Source of the DNA: Candidatus Symbiothrix sp.
GTDB lineage: Bacteria; Bacteroidota; Bacteroidia; Bacteroidales; Azobacteroidaceae
Direction of reading: 5' to 3'
Assembly: GCA_031272095.1 (NCBI GenBank)
Contig: JAISUM010000023.1
Location: 1-63,784, forward strand
DNA length: 63,784 nucleotides
How positions within the stretch are numbered: position 1 is the first letter of the stretch; each line of letters opens with the position of its first letter. Below, in pieces: positions 9,985 to 19,353 of the stretch. The translations under genes were made by a program, and so were the position numbers. The notes beneath the pieces were generated by a model, which had not been told where the DNA came from, did no database searches, and saw only the letters and a list, made by a program, of their open reading frames with translations.

Positions 9985-12249
9985 TTAAAAATGCACAACT
10001 TTTTTCAACCTGTATTTTACCTCAAAGTATTCTGCCACAGGATTGCTGCCGGCAGACGCCCGAAGTGTCGCTGAAGGACTGTTAGCCACATTGCCGCCGC
10101 CTAAATCGTAGCCGCGTCCGGTGATATGTTCTATTTCGTGGTGTAAAATCCACAGTTCGTTGTTTTTCTCGAAACTGAAATAGTCGTTTCCGTAATTGAA
10201 ATTGGGGCTGGCGTCGGTGCCGGAATTGTAGCGAAAATAAATACTGACCGTTGTCCCGTTGGCTTTTACTTCCCACCAACCTTTTTGCTGATGGGTAATT
10301 CCGGGGTATGGATTATATTTCAAACTGCCATCTTCGCAATAGTGCAGCGATTCGTATTTGCCTGCCATACCTTTGCTGGCGTATTTGTTGTTGCGTGTAA
10401 ATACTTCGCGGCAAAAGGAATGACTGTTGTCTTCGTAAAAATAGTCGGTATCTTCTATGCGCTCCGTGCCGTTGCCCGTGTAGTAATCATAATAATGCCG
10501 ATATTCAATTGCGGAAATCTGCCAAACGCCGTCCATAAATATTGCCGCCCATTTCGTATATTTTTCCATATCTTCGGGCGACGGAGGATTGCTTATTTTC
10601 GCAATATTTGTCCCGATGGCGTAAGTCGGCGTTTCGCCAAGCAGTCGGACGCCCTGATAATCGACCGGAACATCGTTCACATAAAGCACTGTCTGCTGTT
10701 CGCCGTCAGCGTCGATTGTTTCTGTGGCGACGGTCAGCGTTTGTCCGCCAATGGTGGTCAGCGTTTGGGCTGCGAGGAGTTGTGCGGCAGTGTATTTTCC
10801 GCGTACAACGTGCCACTGCACCTCGTCGGCGGGCATCGCCTCGTCGTCGAGCGTGATAATGCTGTCGGGCAGGGCGAAGACGGTAAAGCCGTCTGTTGCG
10901 TCGGCGGTTTTAACACTTGTGAGGGCGGCGGCAAAGAGCGTGTAGTTGTTGTCTTGCCGAAGGGCGTTGGCAACGGCGTCGAGCAATGCAACGCTGTTGC
11001 TACCGTTGTCGTTGTCGTCTTTGTAGATTTCTTTTCCGAAAAATACCTTCATCGGCGCAACAACCGGCTCTGCCTTGTTCAACTGCCACGAGGCAATTTC
11101 GGCTGCTGTCAGCGGCGTTTTATATTTTGCGTCGAATTTCGGAAGTTTGTCGTAGTCGCTCATCACGCTGCCGGTTTTCGGAATATTTATACTTTCCGGC
11201 TCGCGCAAAGTTACGCCCGTGAAACTCCAGTCGTCGAACTGAAGGTTGATGCTTGCCGTGTTTTCGGGAATTTTGTCGAAAACGAGCGTAAAAGTATGTT
11301 CGCTTCCATAACAATAGTTGCTTTTGTGTGTAGGAATACCGTAAGACGTCAGAAAATCGTAACGTTTGCCGCCTGCGCTGATATACACATTATTTACGTC
11401 GCCCGTATAAATAATATAATTTCCTTTGTAATAAAAATTGACCTGCGTATTTTCTTCTGTAATAACTACCGATTTTATCACACAGGTATTGCCGCCAACG
11501 CTCTGATTTGCAACTGTCGGGTTTTCTTTTGCAAACAGTGTTTTTGGTTTATTCAAAACCGCTGTCGACGAATAAATCGGCACGTTTTTCAGTGTGATAA
11601 CGCCGAAGGGAGTATATTTTCCGCTGTTCAAAGTTTTTGTTTCGTCTAAAAAACAGCCCGCAATGGTAGCCAATTTAAGTGATTTGGCGCGACTGTTGAA
11701 TTTGTTGATTTCAATCCTGCCTTTCACTTTCACGCCTTCGGGCAGGGCAAACGCTACGCCCTCGACGTCAACCGTCTGACTGCCTGTTATTTCGACGCTC
11801 CACGTGTTGCCTGCCGAAATGAACGTCAAATCGTAAACATTTCCCGAATCGTCGTAGAATTTGGTATCGGTGTTGGGCAAATAAAGTCCGTGTTTGCGTC
11901 CGCCAAACCTGAAAAGTTTAATTTCCTTTCCCCTGTTGGTCAGAGAATAGTCGATTATCAGCATTGTGCCGTCGAAGATGCAACTTTCGATTTCAAAATC
12001 GACCGACGTGCTGAAACTTTTAACTTTTGCAGTTTCGTAGCCCGCAGTTTTGCTTGGCAGTTCTGAGGGATTGCCGATTGCACCGTCCACAGCGTTAGAT
12101 GCGTTGCCGACGGTTTCTTCTACTTTGGCGGCTGCCTTGTCGATTGCTTTCAGCGCTTTGCCGAGAAAGCCCTGTGCCTGTGCGGCGGGCGCGAAGATAG
12201 TCATCGCAACCAATGCCGCTGTCATTGAAACATTTTTTACTTTTCTCAT
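9985..12249 (-). CDS. Secreted multidomain protein with an internal fasciclin (FAS1) domain, probably chimeric
   Basis: Signal peptide MRKVKNVSMTAALVAMTIFAPAAQA with start 12249. FAS1 motifs YTLFAAAL, GFTVFALPDS and WHVVRGKYTAAQL. Lipocalin-like C-terminal part GVWQISAIEY. Confidence 0.7.
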   Translation of the reverse strand: MRKVKNVSMTAALVAMTIFAPAAQAQGFLGKALKAIDKAAAKVEETVGNASNAVDGAIGNPSELPSKTAGYETAKVKSFSTSVDFEIESCIFDGTMLIIDYSLTNRGKEIKLFRFGGRKHGLYLPNTDTKFYDDSGNVYDLTFISAGNTWSVEITGSQTVDVEGVAFALPEGVKVKGRIEINKFNSRAKSLKLATIAGCFLDETKTLNSGKYTPFGVITLKNVPIYSSTAVLNKPKTLFAKENPTVANQSVGGNTCVIKSVVITEENTQVNFYYKGNYIIYTGDVNNVYISAGGKRYDFLTSYGIPTHKSNYCYGSEHTFTLVFDKIPENTASINLQFDDWSFTGVTLREPESINIPKTGSVMSDYDKLPKFDAKYKTPLTAAEIASWQLNKAEPVVAPMKVFFGKEIYKDDNDNGSNSVALLDAVANALRQDNNYTLFAAALTSVKTADATDGFTVFALPDSIITLDDEAMPADEVQWHVVRGKYTAAQLLAAQTLTTIGGQTLTVATETIDADGEQQTVLYVNDVPVDYQGVRLLGETPTYAIGTNIAKISNPPSPEDMEKYTKWAAIFMDGVWQISAIEYRHYYDYYTGNGTERIEDTDYFYEDNSHSFCREVFTRNNKYASKGMAGKYESLHYCEDGSLKYNPYPGITHQQKGWWEVKANGTTVSIYFRYNSGTDASPNFNYGNDYFSFEKNNELWILHHEIEHITGRGYDLGGGNVANSPSATLRASAGSNPVAEYFEVKYRLKKVVHF

Positions 12250-12263
12250 AAAACTGATATTAT
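12242..12263. repeat. 22-bp direct repeat, copy 1 (copy 2 at 13127-13148)
   Basis: TTTCTCATAAAACTGATATTAT versus TTTCTCATAAAACTGAAATTAT, 21/22 identical. Confidence 0.8.
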
Positions 12264-12301
12264 AAAATTTAACAATAAAAAAATTTTTCTTTATGCACGA
12301 A

Positions 12302-12334
12302 AAACCTGTCAGGTCTTCGAGACCTGACAGGTTT
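12302..12334. repeat. REP-like perfect palindrome (identical copy at 28552-28584)
   Basis: AAACCTGTCAGGTCT-TCG-AGACCTGACAGGTTT with 15-bp arms. Confidence 0.9.
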
Positions 12335-12533
12335 AATATACGGTTTAAGACGCGCGTACTTGCGCTTAATGCGTTAATTACCAGCGTTTTCGGGGGGTGG
12401 GGGGGGTAAAAGTCAAAAATTTCGCGAAAGTGCAACACGCGGGCTTTAAAACGCCAAATAGAGGCATTTTAAAGGCGGGGTATAACCCTACGAAAACTGT
12501 TATGTAAAATAATGTTGACATTTTAGTTATTTT

Positions 12534-12770
12534 TTAAACACCTATTTGGTACAGAAATTCCGGCGCATAATCGGCGCCATTTTCCCATTCAACAGTCCAG
12601 TCGGAAACCGAGAAACGTTTGAATTTATTTATATCTTTCAAAGGTTCAAACACTTCGCCATAAAGTTGGTTTGTCAAATCAACCGTTTTTCGGATGTCAT
12701 CGCTAAATAAGACGGAAATTCGGTATCCGTCAAGATATTTTGCGTCTTTTACCCACATTAAATCTTCCAT
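12534..12770 (-). CDS. DUF2442-family protein (putative antitoxin)
   Basis: VKDAKYLDGYRISVLFSD...GEVFEPLKD...TVEWENGADYAPEFLY. Confidence 0.85.
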   Translation of the reverse strand: MEDLMWVKDAKYLDGYRISVLFSDDIRKTVDLTNQLYGEVFEPLKDINKFKRFSVSDWTVEWENGADYAPEFLYQIGV

Positions 12771-12777
12771 AACTTGC

Positions 12778-13035
12778 TTATTTTAATGGTTCTATCTTCA
12801 ATAAATGTTGCCTGTTTTCCATACGCGACCAGTTTTCCAAAAGTTCGTTGCGATACAAATCAAGCCATTCATACACAAGGTTTAATGCCCGTCGCGGCAA
12901 CGACCCTTTAATAATGCCATCGCGAATCGTAATCTGCGCCCTGTAATCGCCGTATCTGACGTGAAAATGCGGCGGATTATGGTCATCAAACTGCATAGAA
13001 ATTATAATTCCGTAAAAACTTGATACTTCAGGCAT
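12778..13035 (-). CDS. DUF4160-family protein (putative HicA-like toxin)
   Basis: MPEVSSFYGIIISMQFDDHNPPHFHVRYG...LENW. Start 13035 with a TATCTTTG box just upstream. Paired with DUF2442. Confidence 0.85.
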   Translation of the reverse strand: MPEVSSFYGIIISMQFDDHNPPHFHVRYGDYRAQITIRDGIIKGSLPRRALNLVYEWLDLYRNELLENWSRMENRQHLLKIEPLK

Positions 13036-13126
13036 AATATTTTTTTGATGGTGCAAAGATAGTGATTTTTTTTCAAAACCACACAAGCTCACAAAAAAAA
13101 TCCGAAAAATTGCACCGTCCTCAGCG

Positions 13127-13148
13127 TTTCTCATAAAACTGAAATTAT
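13127..13148. repeat. 22-bp direct repeat, copy 2
   Basis: See 12242-12263. Confidence 0.8.
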
Positions 13149-13238
13149 CCGTAACATCACTTTGGAAGTGATGACTATCTGTGGAAATAAGAAAATTATT
13201 TCGTACCTTTGCAGCAATGATTTAACAATGTAACAAAT

Positions 13239-13544
13239 ATGAATCGCATCAAAGAAATTTTCGGACTGCTCAAAAGCAAACTCAACAAGTATTGGATTGC
13301 TGCTATCGTCGCTGTGTTTTTTACTTTTATTGTGGGCGAAAGCAATATCTTTAAACGTATTGAATATAACCGCCAACACTCGCGTTTGCTGAAAGAAATC
13401 AGACGTGTCAATCAGGAAAAAGCTAACAATCAACACGAATTAGACGCTTTGCAGAGCGACAACGAAATGTTGGAACGCTTGGCTCGCGAACGCTACCAAA
13501 TGCTGAAAGAAGACGAGGAACTATTTCTGATTCAAGACAAATAA
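13239..13544 (+). CDS. Septum formation initiator (FtsB/DivIC family)
   Basis: NKYWI + TM helix + coiled coil + LERLARERYQMLKEDEELF. Confidence 0.85.
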   Translation: MNRIKEIFGLLKSKLNKYWIAAIVAVFFTFIVGESNIFKRIEYNRQHSRLLKEIRRVNQEKANNQHELDALQSDNEMLERLARERYQMLKEDEELFLIQDK

Positions 13545-13550
13545 TCGAAT

Positions 13551-13907
13551 ATGAAAATCACTTATTTGACCGGATTTTTCGGAATCGTGTTGCTTGTTTC
13601 GGCGATGTTGTACCTCACCACTTGGTCGTGGATACCGTTTGTGTATGCAGGCGCAGCGATTGGGCTGGCAGCAGTGTTGTTGTGTTCGCCCTACAAAGGC
13701 GATAATTTTCGTCTGAAACGCTTGAACATTCAGCGGGCAATCGCGGCGCTGATGTTTCCCGTTTCGGCGTGGCTGATGTATAAAAGATTGAACGAATGGT
13801 TTGTATGCCTGTTAGTAGCGTCGCTGTTGTGGCTCTATGTTGTTTTTATCAGCGATTACGAAGGAAAAAAATCGAAAAATGGAAGTGATCAGCAGTCTGC
13901 AAAATAG
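13551..13907 (+). CDS. Conserved hypothetical 4-TM membrane protein
   Basis: Hydrophobic segments with YKGDNFRLKRL and NEWFVCL motifs. Confidence 0.75.
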   Translation: MKITYLTGFFGIVLLVSAMLYLTTWSWIPFVYAGAAIGLAAVLLCSPYKGDNFRLKRLNIQRAIAALMFPVSAWLMYKRLNEWFVCLLVASLLWLYVVFISDYEGKKSKNGSDQQSAK

Positions 13908-14691
13908 CCGTATCAAAAACATCCTGAAACTTATCGCCAAAACGCGAGAACGCCGAGAACAGGGCTTGTTTGTCATCGAAGGAGCACGAGAAATCGGGCT
14001 AGCGCTATCGGGGCAATATGCGCCGGAGTCGGTATTTGTCTGTCCGGCTCTGTTTGCCAAGAGCAATTATCCCGAATTGCTGTCGAAACTACCGCCCACG
14101 GTGCAGCCCACAGAAGTCAGCGAGGCTGTGTTCGGTAAATTAGCCTATCGCGAGGGTTCCGATGGCGTCTTGGCATTAGCCCGCCCCAAATCGCACCGTT
14201 TGCAAGACCTTCAACTGTCGGCAAAAGCTTTTATCATCGTGTTGGAGACCGTAGAAAAGCCCGGAAATCTTGGCGCGATCCTGCGTACTGCCGATGCGGC
14301 TCATGCGGACGCCGTGATTGTGTGCGATCCTTCGACCGATATTTACAATCCGAATGTGGTGCGTTCAAGTGTCGGTTGCCTGTTTACCGTTCAAGTGGCG
14401 ACGGCGAGCAATGCCGAAACACTTGCCTTTCTGCACGACAGGCAGATTCGGAGTTTCGCCGCCGAACTGCAAGCCACGAAAAGCTGCTATCAAGCCGATT
14501 TCACGCAGGCGTCTGCCATCATTATGGGGACGGAATCCGACGGATTGACCGATTTTTGGCTGAAAAACGCCGATGAGCGAATCATCATCCCGATGCGTGG
14601 GACGGTTGATTCGCTCAACGTTTCTGTTTCGACTGCAATATTGACCTTTGAAGCGATGCGCCAACGTGGTCTTACCACTTTACAAAATTGA
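13879..14691 (+). CDS. TrmH/SpoU-family RNA methyltransferase
   Basis: ISSLQNSRIK, EKPGNLGAILRTA, MGTESDGL and SLNVSVSTAIL motifs. Confidence 0.93.
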   Translation: MEVISSLQNSRIKNILKLIAKTRERREQGLFVIEGAREIGLALSGQYAPESVFVCPALFAKSNYPELLSKLPPTVQPTEVSEAVFGKLAYREGSDGVLALARPKSHRLQDLQLSAKAFIIVLETVEKPGNLGAILRTADAAHADAVIVCDPSTDIYNPNVVRSSVGCLFTVQVATASNAETLAFLHDRQIRSFAAELQATKSCYQADFTQASAIIMGTESDGLTDFWLKNADERIIIPMRGTVDSLNVSVSTAILTFEAMRQRGLTTLQN

Positions 14692-15109
14692 ATTGCGCAC
14701 CCCCTAATTCGAGCGTCATGTGTTTGGCGTTCAAGGTTTTAATGTCGAAAGTTACCGTATCGCACGGGCAAATATTCGACCAAGCATAATGATATCTCAT
14801 GAGATCATTCACGCACAAATTATACTCCGCTGATTTGTCCATACTGATTTTCACCTGCTTGTCGCCGTCGGGATAATCCAAATAGCCGTAGCTCAACACC
14901 GTCGTATTTTCCAATTCGGGGCAAAAATTTAAGACCGTATAGCCAAATACCGCTTTGTGGAAGGAAAAAAATACCGTATCGACCTTGCTCGTGGCGCCAT
15001 TATTGACGACATCGGTCAATTTCCACATCCCGTAAAGTTTCGGATTTTCGGTATCCGTACAGGCAAAAGCGCCCCCGAACAGGCACAACAGGACAAGAAC
15101 TTTTTGCAT
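14672..15109 (-). CDS. Lipocalin-like domain lipoprotein
   Basis: Lipobox AFAC, LYGMWKL, and C-terminal IKTLNAKHMTL...FVKW. Confidence 0.75.
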   Translation of the reverse strand: MQKVLVLLCLFGGAFACTDTENPKLYGMWKLTDVVNNGATSKVDTVFFSFHKAVFGYTVLNFCPELENTTVLSYGYLDYPDGDKQVKISMDKSAEYNLCVNDLMRYHYAWSNICPCDTVTFDIKTLNAKHMTLELGGAQFNFVKW

Positions 15110-15113
15110 CGCT

Positions 15114-18100
15114 TTATTGCATTAAATATTTGATAATAGACTTGCCTGTTTGTTCCGACGAGACCTGTATGAGATAAACATCTTTGGGCAAAACGACCGT
15201 CGTTTCCTTGTGAACATCGCGGCTGAACAGTTTTTTGCCTGCCACATCGCTGATTTCCACATGGGCGTTGGCGATATGATTCAGACGGATATGCAGATTT
15301 TCATTCTTGTTGCTTGCCGCAAAAACCGGCGATACGGCGGGCAAAGCGCTTATCCCGTTATCCGCGGAAAAATGGATGGTGAAAGGCGTTTCTTTGCCGT
15401 TGGAATCGGCTATCACTAATTGCGCACCTTCTACGATATAGTAAGCCGCACTTTCGACATGGTGCATTTCGTTGCCCGAAAAAGTGATCCGGCTCAAAAA
15501 ATCTTCTATCGGAATAATGTTTTCCGAATAGGGAACGGTGATGGTCGAATCCGTAAAATTGATGGTATAAACCGAAGATGCGATCATCCAACCATTGATT
15601 TGAATCTCGTAAATAGACGGATAAGCGGTGCTGATCGTCGCTCCGGTAACGTCTATTTTGACAAATCGCGCCGTAACATCCGGCAAGGTATCGCTGATGT
15701 AGCCCGATTGCGTATTGTCGGAATGATCAATGATTGTTGTGAAATCCGCAAGTCCGTTTTTGCGTGTCTGCACCGTATATTTGTAAGCTCGCGGCGTGGC
15801 GGCATTGTCATACCACTGCACGGCTACTTTGTTAATAATATAATCTTTCCCCAGATTCACATAGATATAGTTGGCATTGCCATTGGGTGCCGCCCAGCGC
15901 GTTGTAGCGTCGCCATCGACCGCATTTGCCGCCGGATTAGCAGTTTCGCTTCCGCTGGAAGTAACTGCTTTTTTATAGGCAATGTGTTGCATAATAAATT
16001 CATAGACCACGACCGTAACGCCGTCTTCTGCCGTTACAATCAGTTTCATCCCCGGATTGACGGCGCCGGAAGTAATCGGCGTAACGCCATCCGCATCCAC
16101 CAAAACCAAGGTAGCGCCGGATGCCGCCGTGATTGCCTGTTGCACATTTTCGGCTTGCAGCGGTGTACCTATGCCTATCGTTTTATTGACGTTATCTACC
16201 AGCATGCTTGTTGAAGTCAAATCGGTCGAGGACGATGGTGTTCTGTACCATTTGACCGTATCGGAATAGATGACGCCTGCGCGAACGCCTTTGGCAATCA
16301 CCACATTGGCGCCGTTTTCATTCAGTCCTTTTTGGGGCAAAGCGATATTTGTCCATTCCAACAATCCGCAATTTGCCGCCGTGCGAGACAGGCTGCCCTG
16401 CGACACATTGTTGACAAACAGTTCGACCGATTCGCAGTTGGTATAAACCTTGACCGGCGTAGTAGCGGTTTCACGATTGACGAAACGCCGACTGGCGATA
16501 TAAATGGTCGGCTCGTTGCTCCAATTGGCTTTATAGGCATAGAAGCTGTCTTTTTTTGTTTTGCGGTCGTGTGTTACCAAGCCTTTGTCGTTGATACCGG
16601 GTTGTTCGCCTTCGGCGCGGCTGTCGGATGCAAAATCGAACATATTCCAGACGAAAGTACCCCAAATCCACGAGCGGGTAGCTAAATCTTTGATTGCCAT
16701 TTCGTGGATTTTATTTTGATATTCTTCCGGATGCCAAGGCTGTTGATGTCCGTAAGGGGCGCTCGGCACAGTGGTTCCGGACAGCGTAACGATTTCGTGT
16801 TGCGCGGGGTTGCCGCCTGCGCCGTATTCGGAAATGCCGATGGGCAGCTGCACGCCGTTCAAGACGTATTTACTGCGCTCGCCGTCGATGTAAGCGCCAA
16901 ACGTTCCGCTCTGATACCATCCCGGATAACGATTTTGACCATACAAATCAGTGCGCCAACCGGGGCGTTCCGTACCTGCTTGCGCTTGGGTAGTCAGTCG
17001 TCCGGTCGGGTCTTCCGATTTGACCAAGGCGTGCAGTCCGGGAATGATTTGCGACATTTGCGCATCATAAGAACTGGTGCTGACTTCGTTTTGCAAGCCC
17101 CACATCATAATCGACGGACGATTATAGCGCTGTCTGATCATTTCTATCAGTTGCAAACGGGTGGTTTGCATAAATTGTGCGGTGTCGGTGCCAAACTTAT
17201 CGACAAATGGAATTTCCACCCATATCACAATGCCGTATTTGTCGAACAATTCGTGAAAATACGGATCTTGCGGATAATGCGCCAAACGCACTGCATTGGC
17301 TCCGATTTCGTAAATCATTCCGAAATCCACATTGTGTTCGTGTTCCGAAATCGCGTAGCCCATATCTTTCCAGTCCTGATGACGATTGACGCCGCGTAAT
17401 GGATAGAGGCGTCCGTTCAGATAAAAACCTGTATTGTCGGCGCTGAAATAGCGGAACCCTACATAATCGGACACGGAATCAATCACAGTGCCGCCTTCCG
17501 CGACGGTGAAATCGACCAAATAACGGTAGGGATCGGTCAATCCGTCCCACAAATGCGGATTGGTTACGGTTAGGGTTTGTTTAAATTCGTAACTGCCGCC
17601 TGCCGGAATCGTGATGGCGTTGGATTGTAAGGTCTGTATCGTGCCACCCGGCGCCATTGTCGTTACATCAAACAGCGGTTGCGGCACTTCGGCGATAGCG
17701 TCGAAAGTATCCGGGTTTTTCAATACTGCCTGCAAATCGACCGTTTTGGCTGCCGTCGATTGATTGACTACTTTCGCTCTGATTTCCAATTTTGCCGACG
17801 ATGCGGATACTTCCGAAGTCGTCAGATATAAGCCGGTGGAGGCATAGTCGTTCAGATCGACATGCACAGGGTCAGCCACTACTAAAAATATTTTACGATA
17901 GATGCCGCCGATCACCGAGAAATCTCCCGAAAGCGGCGCTATATCGCCGATAGCTTGGTTATTCACTTTGATGGCGACCACATTATTACCGGTCGTTAGT
18001 TGGTCGGTGATATCGAAACGGAAGGCATTGTAACCACCTTTGTGCGTTCCGAGCAGTACGCCATTCACATAACAATCGGCTTGCAGACTTGCTGCCAAAA

Positions 18101-18404
18101 CCTCCAAATACACCCGTTTACCTGCGAATGAGGCATCCCACGCAATCGTTTTGCGGTACCATCCGATCGTGCGGGCATAATTGCCGCCGCCGTCCTGCGC
18201 GTCGGTCGCATTCCATGTATGTGGAATATTGACCGTCTCCCACGAACTGTCGTCGTAAGCTGCGGCAGAAGGGCTTGCTGAGGTGTTTTTCTGAAATTTC
18301 CAGCCGTTACCGATATTCGTTTTAACACGATTTTCCGCCAGAACCGACATTTGCATCACAAGGCACAAAAGAATTGCGCCTGCTACTTGTTTTATTAATC
18401 TCAT
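15114..18404 (-). CDS. Glycoside hydrolase family 2 (beta-galactosidase-like) with F5/8 type C module and T9SS-type C-terminal domain
   Basis: HKGGYNAF, GGIYR, RGVNRHQD, RLAHYPQ, WGLQNE (acid/base), ISEYG (nucleophile), NDKGLVT. AVDGDATTRWAA marks a discoidin module. C-terminal EISDVAGK...VYLIQV. Confidence 0.92.
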   Translation of the reverse strand: MRLIKQVAGAILLCLVMQMSVLAENRVKTNIGNGWKFQKNTSASPSAAAYDDSSWETVNIPHTWNATDAQDGGGNYARTIGWYRKTIAWDASFAGKRVYLEVLAASLQADCYVNGVLLGTHKGGYNAFRFDITDQLTTGNNVVAIKVNNQAIGDIAPLSGDFSVIGGIYRKIFLVVADPVHVDLNDYASTGLYLTTSEVSASSAKLEIRAKVVNQSTAAKTVDLQAVLKNPDTFDAIAEVPQPLFDVTTMAPGGTIQTLQSNAITIPAGGSYEFKQTLTVTNPHLWDGLTDPYRYLVDFTVAEGGTVIDSVSDYVGFRYFSADNTGFYLNGRLYPLRGVNRHQDWKDMGYAISEHEHNVDFGMIYEIGANAVRLAHYPQDPYFHELFDKYGIVIWVEIPFVDKFGTDTAQFMQTTRLQLIEMIRQRYNRPSIMMWGLQNEVSTSSYDAQMSQIIPGLHALVKSEDPTGRLTTQAQAGTERPGWRTDLYGQNRYPGWYQSGTFGAYIDGERSKYVLNGVQLPIGISEYGAGGNPAQHEIVTLSGTTVPSAPYGHQQPWHPEEYQNKIHEMAIKDLATRSWIWGTFVWNMFDFASDSRAEGEQPGINDKGLVTHDRKTKKDSFYAYKANWSNEPTIYIASRRFVNRETATTPVKVYTNCESVELFVNNVSQGSLSRTAANCGLLEWTNIALPQKGLNENGANVVIAKGVRAGVIYSDTVKWYRTPSSSTDLTSTSMLVDNVNKTIGIGTPLQAENVQQAITAASGATLVLVDADGVTPITSGAVNPGMKLIVTAEDGVTVVVYEFIMQHIAYKKAVTSSGSETANPAANAVDGDATTRWAAPNGNANYIYVNLGKDYIINKVAVQWYDNAATPRAYKYTVQTRKNGLADFTTIIDHSDNTQSGYISDTLPDVTARFVKIDVTGATISTAYPSIYEIQINGWMIASSVYTINFTDSTITVPYSENIIPIEDFLSRITFSGNEMHHVESAAYYIVEGAQLVIADSNGKETPFTIHFSADNGISALPAVSPVFAASNKNENLHIRLNHIANAHVEISDVAGKKLFSRDVHKETTVVLPKDVYLIQVSSEQTGKSIIKYLMQ

Positions 18405-18460
18405 AATCTTAACGTATTAAATTTGATTTTGTTCGGCAAAGGTAGTATAAATTTTTCAAT

Positions 18461-18497
18461 AAAAAAAGGGGCTATCTTTGCGAGACAGCCTCTTTCT
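18461..18497 (-). terminator. Probable terminator hairpin downstream of the OMP gene
   Basis: AAAGGGGCTATCT-TTG-CGAGACAGCCTCTTT stem with an adjacent A/T run. Confidence 0.5.
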
Positions 18498-18535
18498 GTA
18501 AATTGATGCGCTACGCAGCGCCTTGATGATTAAAA

Positions 18536-19114
18536 TTAAAAGATATAAGCAAAACCCACCAAAAGGTTACCCGTAGTGAACAGGTTAGAATTTGCGCCGA
18601 AATTAAATGAGGCAGAGGTGGCGTCTGTCAGTCCGTTGGAGGTCGTGCTGAAACCCAAACGCAAGAAACTCAATTCTGTCGTCAGCAAGACATGGTCGGT
18701 CAGGCTGTAAGTAACCATCGGCAACACTCCAACGGCAACAGTAGTGTTGTCAGTTGTCAAGGTAGAGCCTGCTTTTACTTTATTGCCACCCATGCTAATC
18801 AAGGCTTTGCCCAACAGTTTGAATTTGCCCAATTCAGCAACGGCATAACGTGCATAAGGCGCAAAAGACCAAGCAGAAGTACTGGACACGCCATTATTGT
18901 CGCTGCCGGTCAATGAAAGCACGCCCCCCACGTCAAATTTGTCGGACAGGGAATAACCCACTTCGGGCGCCAAAGTGAAACTTGAAGTAGTGGTTTCGAC
19001 AGAACCGTTTTTTGTGGCAGAAGTGGTGAGACCCAACGAACCACCCACATACAACTGCGCATTGGCAGCAATAGACGCCAATGCCAAACTGCAAATAAAA
19101 AATACTTTTTTCAT
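18536..19114 (-). CDS. Small outer-membrane beta-barrel protein
   Basis: Signal peptide, YVGGSLG, APEVGY and APYARY strands, terminal GFAYIF. Confidence 0.85.
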   Translation of the reverse strand: MKKVFFICSLALASIAANAQLYVGGSLGLTTSATKNGSVETTTSSFTLAPEVGYSLSDKFDVGGVLSLTGSDNNGVSSTSAWSFAPYARYAVAELGKFKLLGKALISMGGNKVKAGSTLTTDNTTVAVGVLPMVTYSLTDHVLLTTELSFLRLGFSTTSNGLTDATSASFNFGANSNLFTTGNLLVGFAYIF

Positions 19115-19353
19115 TTAAACTAATTTTTACGTTATGTTTCCTTGTTATCTTAACATTGAAAATCTCGGAAACGTTAAAGATTTTCGGCTGCAAAAGTAGT
19201 GCTTTGTCGGAAAATTGCCAAATAAATCGGCGGCAAATTGTGTTAAATCTCAAAAAATTAACATTTAGGCGAGAAAATAATGAAAACACTCCTCAATAAC
19301 TGAAATACTGCGCCGCTACGTGGTTATTAGTAATGTAGCGTATCAAAAAAATA

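Noticed and set aside
10285-11649. Long antisense ORFs (454 aa here; also 29055-30221, 41509-42477, 52733-53596)
   Set aside because: Shadow frames opposite well-supported genes with no recognisable motifs, as expected from codon bias.
12250-12438. 63-aa N-terminal extension of the 817-aa ORF
   Set aside because: It is made of REP and poly-C sequence. The signal peptide begins at ATG 12249.
13036-13134. N-terminal extension of the DUF4160 ORF
   Set aside because: It spans the promoter box. The family-typical start is MPEVS at 13035.
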